Positions 37,542 through 50,449 of a stretch of DNA of 58,293 nucleotides are shown here, in pieces. Both the position numbers and the translations under genes were made by a program. The notes beneath the pieces are model-generated. The model was not told the origin of the DNA, did not search any database, and saw only the letters and a program-made list of their open reading frames with translations. The stretch's first letter is position 1. Every line of letters begins with the position of its first letter. This stretch comes from Hydrurus foetidus. Taxonomy: Eukaryota. The stretch spans positions 1-58,293 of the forward strand of contig UYFQ01000712.1 in NCBI GenBank assembly GCA_900617105.1, in the 5' to 3' direction.

Positions 37542-38807
37542 ATGTCATCACCACCTAACCCAAACCCTGATCCATCTCCTGAAGAGGAGGAGATTGCACG
37601 TCTGGCAGCTTTAGCCGCGCTCAACGATTCGACTATCTCAATGTCGAACTCGCTGTTCCCAGCTTTCCCCTCGACGATGCAACTCCAGGGTGAGGTGTTC
37701 GTCCTCAGGCATAACTTCATTGATGAAGCTGATGCGACTGAGTTCTACGAACAGGCTCAGAGGTACCCGTTGATGAAGCTGACCGATTGCATGCAGAAGC
37801 AGGCAATCGAGTTACTTAATTTCAGGATCATGATCGATCCTGAATTTAACATCATCGATAGACGACAACGCCATGATTGGCAGACTAAATTGTCGGTACT
37901 TCAGGTAGCCAAACTGATAATAAAGTACTTCTCTCCAAATGGTTTGGGAGAATGTACTCTGGCAGAGAGCTTTAGCCAAGTTCCTTTCCATTATCAGATC
38001 GCTAACCACGATCATGAGAATGCCACATTCGTACGTTACAACGAACTTGTGAGCACTTATGAGAGGTCTAAGGGACCATTATCAGAGACTCAGCATGCTG
38101 AGCTCATATTGATTTTGGAGAAGCGCCTAGCTAAGGGTAGTCAAATCCAACAGGATTACCTGAAAGCGAAAGCTGCTGACAACACCCCACCTCATACGTG
38201 GTATTCGACTATGCTACGCATTGGTCAGGTTCTTGCCGAGGCTAGGGCAATGATGAACCTCATCAAAAGCTATGGCAACCCGGAGACGGTGTACTCGTTT
38301 CCTGCATCAGCAGTTCCACCAGACGTTGGTAAGAAGGAGACGAGTAGAGCGAGTGCTAAAGCACCCTCACCTACACCCTCCGCTTCGTCGAGATCAGTCA
38401 CTGCTACTGTGCGTACCCCTAGCTCGTACGTTCCGACGCAGCACGGACTCTCTGTCCGTGCTTCCACGGAAGTACCGCTCGTACCGATGTTTCGTCCGTG
38501 CCGGTCGTGCGGAGCTACGTCGCACACGTTGGCAGACTGCCCCATCTTGTATTACTCCGACTCCAACACGAATCACCAGGTTGAGTGGGAGAGTTCTACA
38601 GTGGGGATGGCTTGGGCCGCGGGGGGGTACTCTGAATGGCAACTCAACCTCGTCCCTCCAGGATACGAGGCACGAGTTCAGTTCTACCTCAGAGATTCTA
38701 AACATTACTTGGAGTGGTTCTGGAAACCACTCCAACACCTCGGATGGTTCAGACCGTTCCAACCAGGGTCAAGGGGGAAACTCCGAGAACCAATCTGGTT
38801 ATGGTAA
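37542..38807 (+). CDS. gag: Gypsy-1 gag (probably continuous with pol via an indel near 38710)
   Basis: CRSCGATSHTLADC zinc knuckle; first ORF after the LTR. Confidence 0.8.
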   Translation: MSSPPNPNPDPSPEEEEIARLAALAALNDSTISMSNSLFPAFPSTMQLQGEVFVLRHNFIDEADATEFYEQAQRYPLMKLTDCMQKQAIELLNFRIMIDPEFNIIDRRQRHDWQTKLSVLQVAKLIIKYFSPNGLGECTLAESFSQVPFHYQIANHDHENATFVRYNELVSTYERSKGPLSETQHAELILILEKRLAKGSQIQQDYLKAKAADNTPPHTWYSTMLRIGQVLAEARAMMNLIKSYGNPETVYSFPASAVPPDVGKKETSRASAKAPSPTPSASSRSVTATVRTPSSYVPTQHGLSVRASTEVPLVPMFRPCRSCGATSHTLADCPILYYSDSNTNHQVEWESSTVGMAWAAGGYSEWQLNLVPPGYEARVQFYLRDSKHYLEWFWKPLQHLGWFRPFQPGSRGKLREPIWLW

Positions 38808-41800
38808 CCAGGGTAACCAGGGGGGTGGTAGAGGTAAGCAAAGGGGCAATCAAAACCCCAATGCGAACCAATACCAGGGCCGTGGGTCCGGCGGTAAGGG
38901 TAAATACAACCCCCCGCAGGGACACAACCCTTCCTCCAACACTCAGCCGGGACAACACCAGGGTAAGAACCTTGCCCATGACTGTGTGGCTGCCACATTC
39001 GATGATGATGTCTTTAATCTGACTGATTATCATCTCGAAGTGCTACCACTTGTACCTATTCGTGAAGAATTTTTACGTACCCCATCCACCCTCGCTTCTC
39101 ACCACCTTAACGTTACGGTTATTGTGCAGGATAAGGACAGGACAGGCCCAGCTAGCGAGCTGCGCGCCGCGGGGAAGGCCGTAATGGATACGGCCAATTA
39201 TTCTGATAATTTTATTTCATATGATATGATTGAAAAATTAAATGCTACTCATTTATGTTATCCTGCTCTTAAAGCCATAACTGTTTGTAGCGGTCTCGAT
39301 GGCCAATGTTACCTAAATAACGAAATTTGCGATTTAAAAATCCTTTTTCATTCTTACGATGGTGAATGCCATAGCATCAGCCTACCCATGAGGGTCAATC
39401 GGAAAACCGACATCGACATTTTATTTAGCCGTGAAACGGTAAATAAGTATGATTTTTGGACGTTAACTCCGTTTGCATTCGGCATTTCTCCTGAGCTAAG
39501 TGCTGAGAATAAGAGAAAGAGCGATGCTCGCAGACGCGAATTCGAAAGAAAAGAAGCTTTGGATAAACTCGATCCGTTGTTTCAACACAAATATACGCGT
39601 CGTATGATAGCGTTGGGTACCGAACCTGATACAGCCGTAGTCGAGTCTTTAACACCTCACTACGACAAGCTGAAATATCCAGGCGGTAAACCACCCTCTA
39701 AAAAGAGAGAAACACACGGATCTTCCGAGTATCCAAACAAGAAGAGCATATTGCATGGTCAATCTTCTTCGAAGAGCAACGTCTCTTGTGTCCATACAAT
39801 GTCGACATGTAACGATACTCAGATGGAGATCGAGGGAGTCGCGACCCAAGATCCCTGTGGTGTTGTAGGTTGTGAGCGACTGAATAGTGTCACTACTATT
39901 CTCGCAAAACGTACGGGTGATACACCGCACCTAGGTGGCGACCAGATTCCCACCCCTACAAACACTTCTGAGGACTCTGATACCTTAGACTATGTCACTG
40001 AGCCTTTATGGCCCAGTGGTGTCGCACTCTCAGTTGACGAGATTGACGATGGCAAGATAGATACGTTTGCCCCCTTCTTGGCGGAGAAACCTAGTCAAGA
40101 TGACTTGCCCAAAGGGCCAGAGGATTTCCTCAACGAGATTACCTTTGAAGGAGATGAAAGCTTTCAAAGGAAGCTCCGAGAGCTCTGTTCTGAATATTCA
40201 GACATCTTCAGTGATCAATTAGCTGAGAAACCAGCGTCACTTAAACCCTTTGAGATTAACATCCCACTTGAGTTGTGGGGAAAAGACGAAAACCGTACGC
40301 CGGTACGTCCCCAGTCATCAACAAAAGAGGTTGCTCTCAAAGAAAACCTTGACGAGATGCTTGCATCAGGGGTTATAGAGCGATCAGATGCCGCCTATTA
40401 CAGTCATCCTGTAATAGTAACTAAGTCACCCGGTAAATTTCGAACCTGCATCGATTACCGGCCACTTAATAGGTGTCTCAAGCCGGCCTCATTTCCGTTA
40501 CCAAATATCAAACACCTCTTTGAGAGGATCGGTAATAAAAAACCGGATATTTTTGGTGTGATGGATTTAACCGCAGGTTACCATCAAGCACCGTTACACC
40601 CCGCACATCGCATTTTCACGGCATTCATATGCTTTGCGGGGGTATTTCAGTTTACGAGACTGCCCTTTGGTCCGTGTCGAGCCCCCTCTTACTTTCAAGA
40701 GCAGATGGTAACGGCGGTCCTCTATGGCCTTATCTATCATTGTTGTGAGATGTATCTCGACGATTGTATAGTTTATGGCAAGGGTGAAGCAGAGTTTCTA
40801 AAGAACTTGAATAAAGTCTTTGAAAGATTCAGACTTAAGGGTCTTAGACTCAAAGCAAAAAAATGCCGCTTTGGCTTACCTCGTATTGAATACGTTGGCA
40901 GAGTGGTTGACAAAGATGGTTTATCCATGTCAAAAGAAAAAATAGAAACAGTGTTAAACTTTTCTATACCTAAGAACTTAACTTTACTAAGATCATTCTT
41001 AGGTTTAGCGAACTATTTTCGACAGTTTGTACCTATGCATTCCACTTTGGTTAAGCCAATGCAGGATATGATAGATCACTCTGCTCCGAGACGTTCTGCT
41101 GTAGTTTGGACTCAAAAGAGCACCAACGCATTTGTTGACACAAAGATTGCTATATCTCGTTGTCCATTAATGTACTTCATTGATGACAATAAGTTAGACA
41201 TCCGCTTGTATACAGACGCGTCCGACTTTGGTATCGGTGGTGTCTTATTCCAAGTTGTTGGTGCCATTTGGCAACCAATTGCTTTCATTAGCAAATCGTT
41301 GACACCCACACAAATAAGGTGGTCTACGATACAAAAAGAGGCTTATGCCATCTTCTATTGTTGTACACAACTCGATTATCTAATCAGAGATCGTACGTTC
41401 ACTATCCATACGGATCACTTGAACATAACATATATGAAACAAAATCCTACCTCAATGGTGGCGAGATGGTTCATTGCTATGCAAGAACTAGATTTTACCG
41501 TGGTATTCGTACCCGGTACTTCGAATGTTTTGGCAGACGCACTGTCAAGGCTATGTCCTAATTTGACAGAAATTGCTCTGCCATTACGAACAGAAGAATT
41601 GGAATTACTTCCTACTTCATCATCTTCTTTCACTGTATCAGCTCTGACGGTCATAGAACCGGCTTCAGACGATCAGTTAGAATACATTCAAATGTGCCAC
41701 AATGCAATTGTCGGTCACAACGGCGTAGACCGTACCCTTACTCGGTTGTTTAGTTTACAACAAGTTTGGAAACACATGAAACAACATGTACGTACGTTCA

Positions 41801-42940
41801 TACAGAACTGTCCGTGTTGTCAAAAGTTGAGTGCAAAAGATCCTAAGATCAATGCGTCTCATTTTGCAACTTCAAATTATGCTATCTTCGATACGCTAAA
41901 TGTTGACTATATTGGTCCATTTCCTGACAAAGGTTATATCCTTGTCATCATCGATACATTCACACGATGGACAGAATTGTTCTGGTGTGCAGACGCAGAT
42001 GCTAAATCAGCAGCTGACTGTTTGCTTGCGCATTTTGGTCGATTTGGATCACCAAATATGATTAGATCTGATCGAGGATCACATTTCGCAAATGACATGA
42101 TCAAAGAATTCTTAGATCTTTGTGGAACACCACATAACCTCACCCTTGCTTACTCGAAACAAGAGAATGCAATTGTTGAAAGAGTCAACAAAGAGGTGAA
42201 TAGACACCTAAGAGGTTTAGTTTTTGATAAACAAACCCTTGAGGGATATGCTAAGTCAATCCCATTCGTGCAACGTATCATTAACAGTTCAGTTAATAGA
42301 CGCACAGGTGTCTGTCCCGCTCATTTACTGTTCGGGAACAAACTTGATTTGAATCGTGGTATTCTCACTCCACACTTAAGTGTCGGAACACATTCAAGAT
42401 CAACGTACATATCAGATTTGATAAGTGTACAAGACAAAGTACTTGAAACTGCGGTTCAAACTTTGTTAAAAGCGGATGCTAAAAACGCCGCGTCAGCTGA
42501 ATCAGCGACTGTGTTCCCCGTGGGGTCATATGTCTTATGCCGATACACTGATCGACCTCCAACTCGATTACATACTAAGTGGCATGGCCCTTACTGTATT
42601 GTCTCCTTTAAGGGGTCCGAGTACGTTCTCGCAAAGAAAGAAAAGAAGTGTTCACGTCACAAATTTGAAAATATTCAATTATGACCCAGAGGTAGATGTA
42701 CCTGCTGACACTGCTCGTCGCGATTACATGGTGTTCGTGGTTGAGAAAGTTCTGGGTCACGCTGGTGACACCAAGAAACCGACTACAATGTCGTTCCATG
42801 TTAAATGGCTCAACTACGATGACTCTCATAATACATGGGAGCCGTGGAAATCACTACGGCTCTGTGAAGCACTCCATGATTATTTACGGGATAATAAAAT
42901 GAAACATTTCATTCCCAAAAACATTGAGACATCAGCCTAA
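38711..42940 (+). pseudogene. pol: Gypsy-1 pol: PR-RT-RNaseH-INT plus chromodomain (frameshift near 42635)
   Basis: VMDTAN (PR-like), CIDYRPLN, MDLTAGYHQ, YLDD, YTDASDFGIG, H-H-C-C plus D,D,E integrase. Chromodomain VVEKVLGH...VKWLNYDDSHNTWEP in ORF 42476-42940. Confidence 0.95.
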
Positions 42941-43250
42941 GTTGCTGATCTCGAACGTATTATCTTTTGAAGATTCTTCCTAATTTTCCCTCTATGAGGT
43001 TTAATGGTTTTAGTCAGTAAAAATCTGACATAATTACGTATCGAGGTCTCGTGCGCACGTAAATGGTTCTAGGCACCCACCTTATCGCCTTAGACCGACC
43101 CACCACCCAGTCTATTTGTATAGATTTTTATTTTTATATATTTAATTTTTTTTTAAGATTTACATTTTTGTAATCTTTTTCTTTATTCTTCCTTTAGTAA
43201 GTTTTAGCCTTATTAGATTTTTGTCGCGTCATAGGTTCTTATTCTTTGGA

Positions 43251-43269
43251 AAAAGATAAGTGGGGGTAA
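43251..43269 (+). other. Polypurine tract of Gypsy-1
   Basis: AAAAGATAAGTGGGGGTAA directly before the 3' LTR. Confidence 0.8.
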
Positions 43270-43481
43270 TGTGGTCGGATCGGCTATACCGGGCCTACGG
43301 ACCGTACCTGATCCAGTCCCGATCCATCCGATCCTACCGCCTACTGTACACATACATCTCTAGCGCAGCTGCTCACTAGCTCCAGCCTACTCGCTCGTAG
43401 AAGTTTATCCTAGCTTCTAGCTTAGAGCCTGTAACTAATTAACACCTCCCTTCCATCGACCTACTTCCTATCCGGACTACA
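43270..43481 (+). repeat. Gypsy-1 3' LTR
   Basis: Direct repeat of 36772-36979. Confidence 0.95.
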
Positions 43482-43754
43482 GTAGGGAACAGTAAACCGT
43501 AATCTGAAGAGTCTCCCATCTTTACTATTGATGTCAGTCAAATTTCTTTTCATGAACTTGTACCAGAAGCTGTCTTTAAATTGCTCCCTCTCATAATATC
43601 GTTTTTCCTTGAAAGGATTGTTCTTTCTTCCATCTTGTCTCACAAGCACGTCCTCCTCTTCTCTGACATCACAAATAGCATCCCAGATGTCGGAGTTACG
43701 CTTGAAACGAGTCATGCTGTCCTCGAGTGCTTTACCCACATTTTCCTCCTCCAT
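43482..43754 (-). pseudogene. Outer Harbinger transposase, 5' part
   Basis: MEEENVG...LFRLRFTVPY. Removing the Gypsy plus one GTAG rejoins it in frame to QVFTQILYFAELWFPQ. Confidence 0.9.
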
Positions 43755-43964
43755 GATGATGATATGTGGTTTAAATTGTGTTGAAAGACCAGAATAGGAC
43801 AACCATGTTACTATTGACAACCATAAAATATTTGAAATTTGAAATTATTTGAACCGATTCTAAGTTTTTAGATGAGATTCTGGCTCGTACTGTGAGGCAC
43901 ATCATCCATAATGACCGATTTTGGAAGATTGATTCTGGATGCTATAAGAGACGCCATCCATAAT

Positions 43965-45283
43965 AGAGTGGTGGAGCAATCCGAAAATCCCGCTTGTTTT
44001 GGGGTAAATCTGGATTGATCCGGAAGTTGACTTCTAGATTGATCCGGAACTCTCACTCAAAAATACTCCAATCCAGAAGTCAAACTTCCGGATCAATTCG
44101 CCCCCTAAATTGAAGCTGCTGCTGTATAAACTTACAGCACTGCTCTCATAGCAGCAGGAATACACTCTACCGTGAGCAGAAAAGTGACCTTGATGCCGAA
44201 AACTTTTACAGAAGTCAACAGCAGTTGTCGTCAGCACTTTATACCGTCTGAAATTTTCCCAACGGTGCCTTGAGCATCGACTTCTCTGTGATTTTCATCG
44301 CATTCTTTTAAACGGAAGCATTTCTGTAGGTGCAAGCGTTTCCCGGCCGTCAATTGTCATCCAGAAGGCCATCTGTTCAAGGGAAAACGCCTGACATTTT
44401 TGTCGGATCCCAAACAAGTGCCTGGACGCTGACAAAGTGCCGCGCGTTAACGCTCCCAAATTCCTGAACGTCGGACCAAGTTGCATGCTCCAAATCGCTC
44501 CGGTTTGAATCTCATGACGCCTGAAAGAGCAATCAAGGTGGGTATGGGCCTTGCGGCGGCTTGCAGCCCGCCAGTCTTCTCGCGGTCCTTTATATTACCT
44601 TCTGCACATTTTTACAACTAAAAATCACTTTTGTAGCCTACCTGTAAATATAAGGAAAGGTTCTTCAATCACAACTATTCTTATTTCAGACAGATGACTA
44701 TCCTATTAATGAGCTGCTTCGCTGTGGCGATCGAACACCGCGAGTGGGCTTCGTCCGGACTGTCCCAAAAAGTCGCCCTCTCCTGAAACTCCGGTGGCGG
44801 AGTCGAAAACTTCCCAGAAACAGAGATTAGTAGTAAGAATATGCGGCAAAATCAGCGCGACATGAATATGACAGCACAAAATAGCGCGAGGCTCTTCCGG
44901 CTCCTGATATGGTAACTTGTGTAAATAATGACAGGAGAAATTATCGCTCAAAAATGTAGGCCTAAACTGTCGAAATTAGGTGCATTTAGTCGTATGCAAA
45001 AGAGAAAAAAACACTTGCCCCTAGAATAGACTAGTTGGACGTCGCGACCATCGAACTTTTAGCAAAAGTTTTTTGTCGATAATCGATTTTGAGTTGATAC
45101 ACTAATTCATAATTCTTCACCCATATAATATGCACTAAGGAGAAGTCGAACCCTCCGGTTTCTTGGGGGTTCTATGGATCCGGAATTCTGGAATTCACGT
45201 GCTCCACCACGGATCCGGTCATGAAAAATAATCCGGATTTTTCAAAAACTTGGATCCAGAATTCCAGGTTGCTCCACCACTCT
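43965..45283. mobile_element. Non-autonomous TIR element (MITE-like), 1.3 kb
   Basis: TIR AGAGTGGTGGAGCAA / TTGCTCCACCACTCT, TSD AAT. Excision restores CATCCATAATCTCGTATCC, the inverse of the host's subterminal motif. Many ATCCGGA subterminal motifs. Confidence 0.8.
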
Positions 45284-45507
45284 AATCTCGTATCCAAAGA
45301 AATGAACAAATTTCAACCCAAAATTACCGATTATGGATACGAGATTATGGATGCTATAAGTAAAGGCCTTTTAGGCCATTCCTTTATTTATTCAAAACCG
45401 TTTATCCAAAAATGTTCTTTCAAAAATATCCGGAAATATAATTTCGTTTTCGTCATTTTGAGTGAGCCGTTGAAATGTTGTTTTGGGATTAAAAAAAACC
45501 ATCCGAG

Positions 45508-45783
45508 TGTTGGAAATCCGGAGTTCTCGAACAGTCAGATGTACGAGAACGTTCCAAGACTCGTAGAACAACCAGGTTTAGTTTCAATACTTGATATTTA
45601 AACTAGTGATCGATGTCTCTGTCCATCGATCACGAAGTTTACTCAGACAACTTATGTAGTGTCGCATCGAAACTAAACTACACAGATCACACATTCAAAG
45701 TGTAGCACTCTATCCGGTAACAGCTGTTACCGGAAACGCACGTGCGTAAGTACACCTCTTAACTAACGCTAGCCCTACACACA
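45508..45783 (-). repeat. Copia-2 3' LTR
   Basis: TGTTGGAAATCC...CTACACACA. Purine-rich AGGGGTGTGTTGGATAT adjoins it on the minus strand. Confidence 0.9.
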
Positions 45784-45908
45784 ATATCCAACACACCCCT
45801 AGGACTAGCGTAGTACAAACATCAAAACATGTTATCGCTCATATATCACTAGTTAGTCGTAGCAGCGAACACGACATCGAGAATTGTATGTAAGTAATCA
45901 TTACTAAG

Positions 45909-48900
45909 TTATTCCCATCCCGTCAAGCATTCTCGCTCAAAGACAAATTGGGCTCCCTGCAGCGGCTTTGTAAATACGTTAGCGTACATCTCTTTAGTCC
46001 CCTTGTGGACGATGATCGCTTCGCCGGTCTCGACCCGCTCTCTAATCCAAAAGTTCCGAATTCCAATGTGCCTGGTCCTTTCGCCCGATCTCCCTCTCTC
46101 AGCAAGTGCCATACATGACGTATTGTCTTGATAAATCGTCACAGGATCCATCGCATAGCCTTGCGAGATTAGGAAGTTTCGAACGAAAAGTCCTTGATTG
46201 GCCGAATCGGACAGTGCGACGAGCTCCGCCTCAGTGCTGGACTTAGTGACGATACTCTGCTTGCTTGATTTGCAGTGCACCGCACCAACATCACCTATGA
46301 CGACACAGCTCCCCGTGTGGGATTTTTCATCAGCATGCACCCCATATGCTGCATCGATGAACACCCTCACACTGATACCTAATGCACCTCGCCGAAGTAC
46401 CACCCCTCTTTCTTTCGTAAACGCGATGTACCTCATTACTCTCTTCAATTTCTCCACATCATCGGCAGTGCACCTAGTCACCCTCGTGCCACCCTCGTGG
46501 CCAGATATGCCACAGCAGTCAAGCACTCAGGTTTCGCACGTTTCGCAAGATAACTTAACTTAGCGACGACGCTATGGAACCACACACGAACAGGTTCCGG
46601 TACTAGATCCATCCCCTCGCGATAATCAAATAAGCCGTTTGTGGCCTGACTTCTCGCGTTACCCGGTACATTGGCATACAGTATAGTATCATCAGTGAAT
46701 CCTTTCATGCTCATTCTCACTTATCCACTGATAGATAAATCGAAGACCATACCGAGATAATTGAGCACAGGACCATCGTTACGAGTGATTTCGCCGTATC
46801 GATTCTTCAATCCGTTACATAATCCGTCAGTCATCCCTTGGTTAATACTAGTGATGACCACATCATCAACGTGAACGGCTGCAGTGCACTGCGTTCCGTT
46901 CGACACCTTGTTGTACACACAAAGCTCATATTCATTAAGCTCAAATCCGAGACTCATCAAAGTAGCTGTGAGGTTCTCGTACCATAATGCGGCTGACTCG
47001 ACGCACCCATAAAGAGCCTTGTCGAGCTTCACCACTATACATCCCCTGTTATCAGCGTACTGCTCGTACGATCCGTCGAGCTTCGTCATCATTTCCGACA
47101 TGGTGGCATCCAAATGCATGTATACATCAACACCGGTGTTCATATCGGCGTTCAAATACGCACCCCAAATATCCACCACGACGGCTTTTCTATTCTCATA
47201 CGCGGCGATACTGAACACTGTCATAACTGCGCAAGTGGATACAGTAGGGGAAGACAGATCGTCGTATAATTCTTTGTCTTGCTGGTTACCACCAGCAACT
47301 AGTATTGCTTTGAGCTTCTCGAATGCACCGGTAGGTAAATATTTCTCTTTCAGGAACATTTGAGAACGAATAATTCCGTGTTTTCCGTATTTGTAAGTAC
47401 AGACAAATGTACTGGAGTCCACACCTTCTTGTCTCTCATCTGACTCAGTTCTTTTAATATGACTCGTTCAGCCTCAGCACCCCTACTCTTGAGTGCTGCC
47501 TTCACGCTTATATTCATAGCGAAGTCTCTAGCAAGAACGACTGCTTCATTCGGATTACAATATTGCATCAGATCTCTACGCAAAGGTGGGCTCCTCTGTG
47601 TTACCTCAAAGCTCGTCATATCGTCCCGCTGGTGTGATCTAATGGTAGATCGTGGTGGCGTGACTGGTATAGATGCATCTGGCTGTACGTACTCAACGAC
47701 ATCTGGTTCGTGGAATTGCGTGAGCGGTCCAACATCAAAGTCGGCTTCATTGTATTGCATGTATGCGGTTAAGCCTTCTATCACATTATCTTGGTCTACC
47801 GTATTCACAGCTGATGATTTGGCCGTTGGCCGTATGTACGTAAGTCTATCAGGATCGCGTAACCCTCTCTCCTCTGCATGTACACTCTTAGTCCGAGGTA
47901 AGATCTTTCTACCCTCCGCTGCAGCCACCTCATTCAACTTAGTGATTACAGTGGATGGCATTGGTAATATCTTGAATTGGTTGCGAGTGATAAGTCTGCC
48001 GGTTCTAATCGACATCATCTTGACGGACCCGGTTCGATTGCCAGTAGGCAACATAACTATGCAATCCTCAGTGCGAGCATTCATTGTATTGTCGGTGTTG
48101 GGCACAGTGCACTGTGCGTATTCGCCAAATGCAGCTCGAAAGTCCAACAGTTGATTTACTTGACGTCCGGAAAAGGATACTCTCGGGCTCTCATCGCGGT
48201 ACCCAGTACCGGATGTCTGATAGTTCAGTCTGCTGACGCAGAACAGCACTAACATGGCGACACCAAGGGTGGTAAGGGTGAAGGGAAGTTGATGAGGCAT
48301 GTAAGCTCTAACTCGTTCCTTCACGGTTTGAATCTTTCTCTCGATTCTAGCGACATGGCCTCCGGCTCCACTCACATCCACCTCCAACCCTAATGAATTC
48401 AGCTCTTCCTTAATCGCTCCTATCGCTCCTTCTCCATCACTCATGATGAGTCTTGTTGCAAATTGCGTGATGAGAGCATCGAGACGAATCCAAGAATTCC
48501 ATCTCGGATGAAACTCACAGATCTCGATCCAGAAATGGAATCGAGTGCAAGAAGTGACACCGCCATCGTGAGATCAAGTGGAGTCGCAAGACCAATAAGT
48601 GAAGGAATACCCTCCACATACATAATATCTACAGAAAGAATCTGCTCCTGTTGGACGAGTTGTCTTGTAATCTCAATGTCGGCAACGTTGGTGGCTCTCT
48701 TCTTCGTCTTCCCTTTCATCGAAGCAATATCTGGACCCCATATATCATCTGCGATTCTGAAGTCTGTCCCAGTTACAGTAAAATTCACTCCTCTAGTAAT
48801 AATGTCGATGGCTTGAGCGACGGGCGGAAATCCCATTTTCGCCAACATATCTCGAGCACGATAGGCACCCTCTACTTCACGCTTGGTGTATTTGAGGATA

Positions 48901-50449
48901 TTTTCTTGCTCAGTCTCCACTAGTGCATGATCAGATAAAGGCTGTTCCGGGTATGTCGTAGCAAAGCGCCTGACCATGGTTTTCACGTCACAACAATGAA
49001 ACCGTCCTTCGCTGCCGGGGATATTTTTCCTGCAGAAGGAATTTATCTTTTTGCTGTTAACCGGACGGAGCTCGAAGCGATCGTACTGTTAATTGTATCT
49101 CACATCATTACCTTCATCTACCATCACTGCACACGATAGGATATTGGCAGTTGATTCATCGCTGTAATAGACTTTCCCAACGTCGCCAAAATCTCCTTCA
49201 AGTGTTATCTTCACTCCTTCTGCTTTCGACGGCACACCATTCAATACAACTTGACGGTCTGATTTCCTTACGTTCCTTAGTAGTAGAGGATTGCAGAAAA
49301 CGTTAACAGATGCTTGACTGTCCAGAAGAACATCATCTCGAGAAAATAGAACCAACTCACTAGTAGTGACATAGGTGATTTCGTTGTCGTACTCCTCTTC
49401 GTCAGACGAGTCTGCTTTGCCGGTAGCAACGACCAGTGCCTTATCCTTCGATCCTTGCAATCCCTGGCGTAATGTCCAAATTCACCACAGGTGTAACACT
49501 CTATATCGTTGAGTGGTTTCTTCCTTAAAGGTGTTGTATCGGTAGAAGAGGTCGCACTCTGCTTCTTAGATGAATCCTAGGACTTCGTCACTAGATTGAG
49601 ATCCGCTGTAACGAACGCAGAGTGGGTATCGGTTCCTGGAGCCCCAGATTTAACGGAACTAGAACCTTCGTCTACCCATCCAGATGCTATCCGGAGTGCG
49701 GCTGCTAAGGTGGATGGATAGGCGTCGGGACCGTTGCAAAGAGCATTCCGACGCATATGTACGAGCATCTTCTCGTAACGTTTCGTATCCAGTTTGTGAA
49801 TAAAGTCCATAGCCATTGTTTCTTCGTCGATATCTGCTACACCGGCTCCTCTGCTGGCTAGAATTTGGGCGTCGAAACGGGTTTTGAACGAGGCGATATA
49901 TTCTCTGTCACCCTGATGAAGAGAACTGTATCGTGCCATTTGTTCACGTTTGTTAAGGCGGACCATAGGATCGAGGTCCCCAAATACGTGCGTCAAATGG
50001 GTCCTGCGAATCATATCCCATAGTGCTACGCAGTCCTTACGTCCACGTGCATCCAAGAAACCATCTTCTTCCTTGACTTCGCTATGTGAAGCAGGGAACA
50101 TTCTCACCTACATAATGCTCCAAATTTGTTCCTCGTCTAGCTTCTGTTGGCGGACTAGCTTTGCCCGACCAGTAAAGGCGTCCTTCTTGAGATCGGCTAT
50201 CAAGGCCGCCGACATCGGATGAGGTTCCAAGTCATCCTCTCCAGTTGGATAAATCAGAAGGTAATCCTCTTCTCGCGGAAGAGGGCGAACGAATCGTTCG
50301 TCGGTATAAAGGAAACTGCCGCTATATCCATAGACGGCACCGACTGATTCTCGGATCTCGAGGTTCCATGCAACTATGTTGTTATTCTTTCCGATCTGCG
50401 AGATGAATTGCTTTGTATCTTTGTGCTCGGGTACGCGTTTTGGAGACAT
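45909..50449 (-). pseudogene. Copia-2 gag-pol with multiple stops and frameshifts
   Basis: Colinear fragments 50108-50449, 49577-50107, 49089-49460, 48441-48986, 47350-48444, 46721-47422, 46478-46720 and 45909-46526. Confidence 0.92.

Larger units (their letters stand above)
36772..43481 (+). mobile_element. Ty3/Gypsy chromovirus-like LTR retrotransposon, full length
   Basis: Two TG...CA LTRs, 4-bp TSD GTAG, PPT, gag-PR-RT-RH-INT-chromodomain. Confidence 0.96.
4048..45368. mobile_element. Outer PIF/Harbinger-type DNA transposon (~4 kb core, expanded by nested insertions)
   Basis: Left TIR GGCCGTTACTTATAGCATCCATAATC, right GATTATGGATGCTATAAGTAAAGGCC. Flanks TTA / TTT (imperfect TSD). Encloses ORF2 (33519-35519) and a convergent DDE transposase. 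Confidence 0.8.

Noticed and set aside
43930..43956. GGATGCTATAAGAGACGCC as the true right end of the outer Harbinger
   Set aside because: Weaker match to the left TIR than 45343-45368 and no TSD; treated as a subterminal repeat
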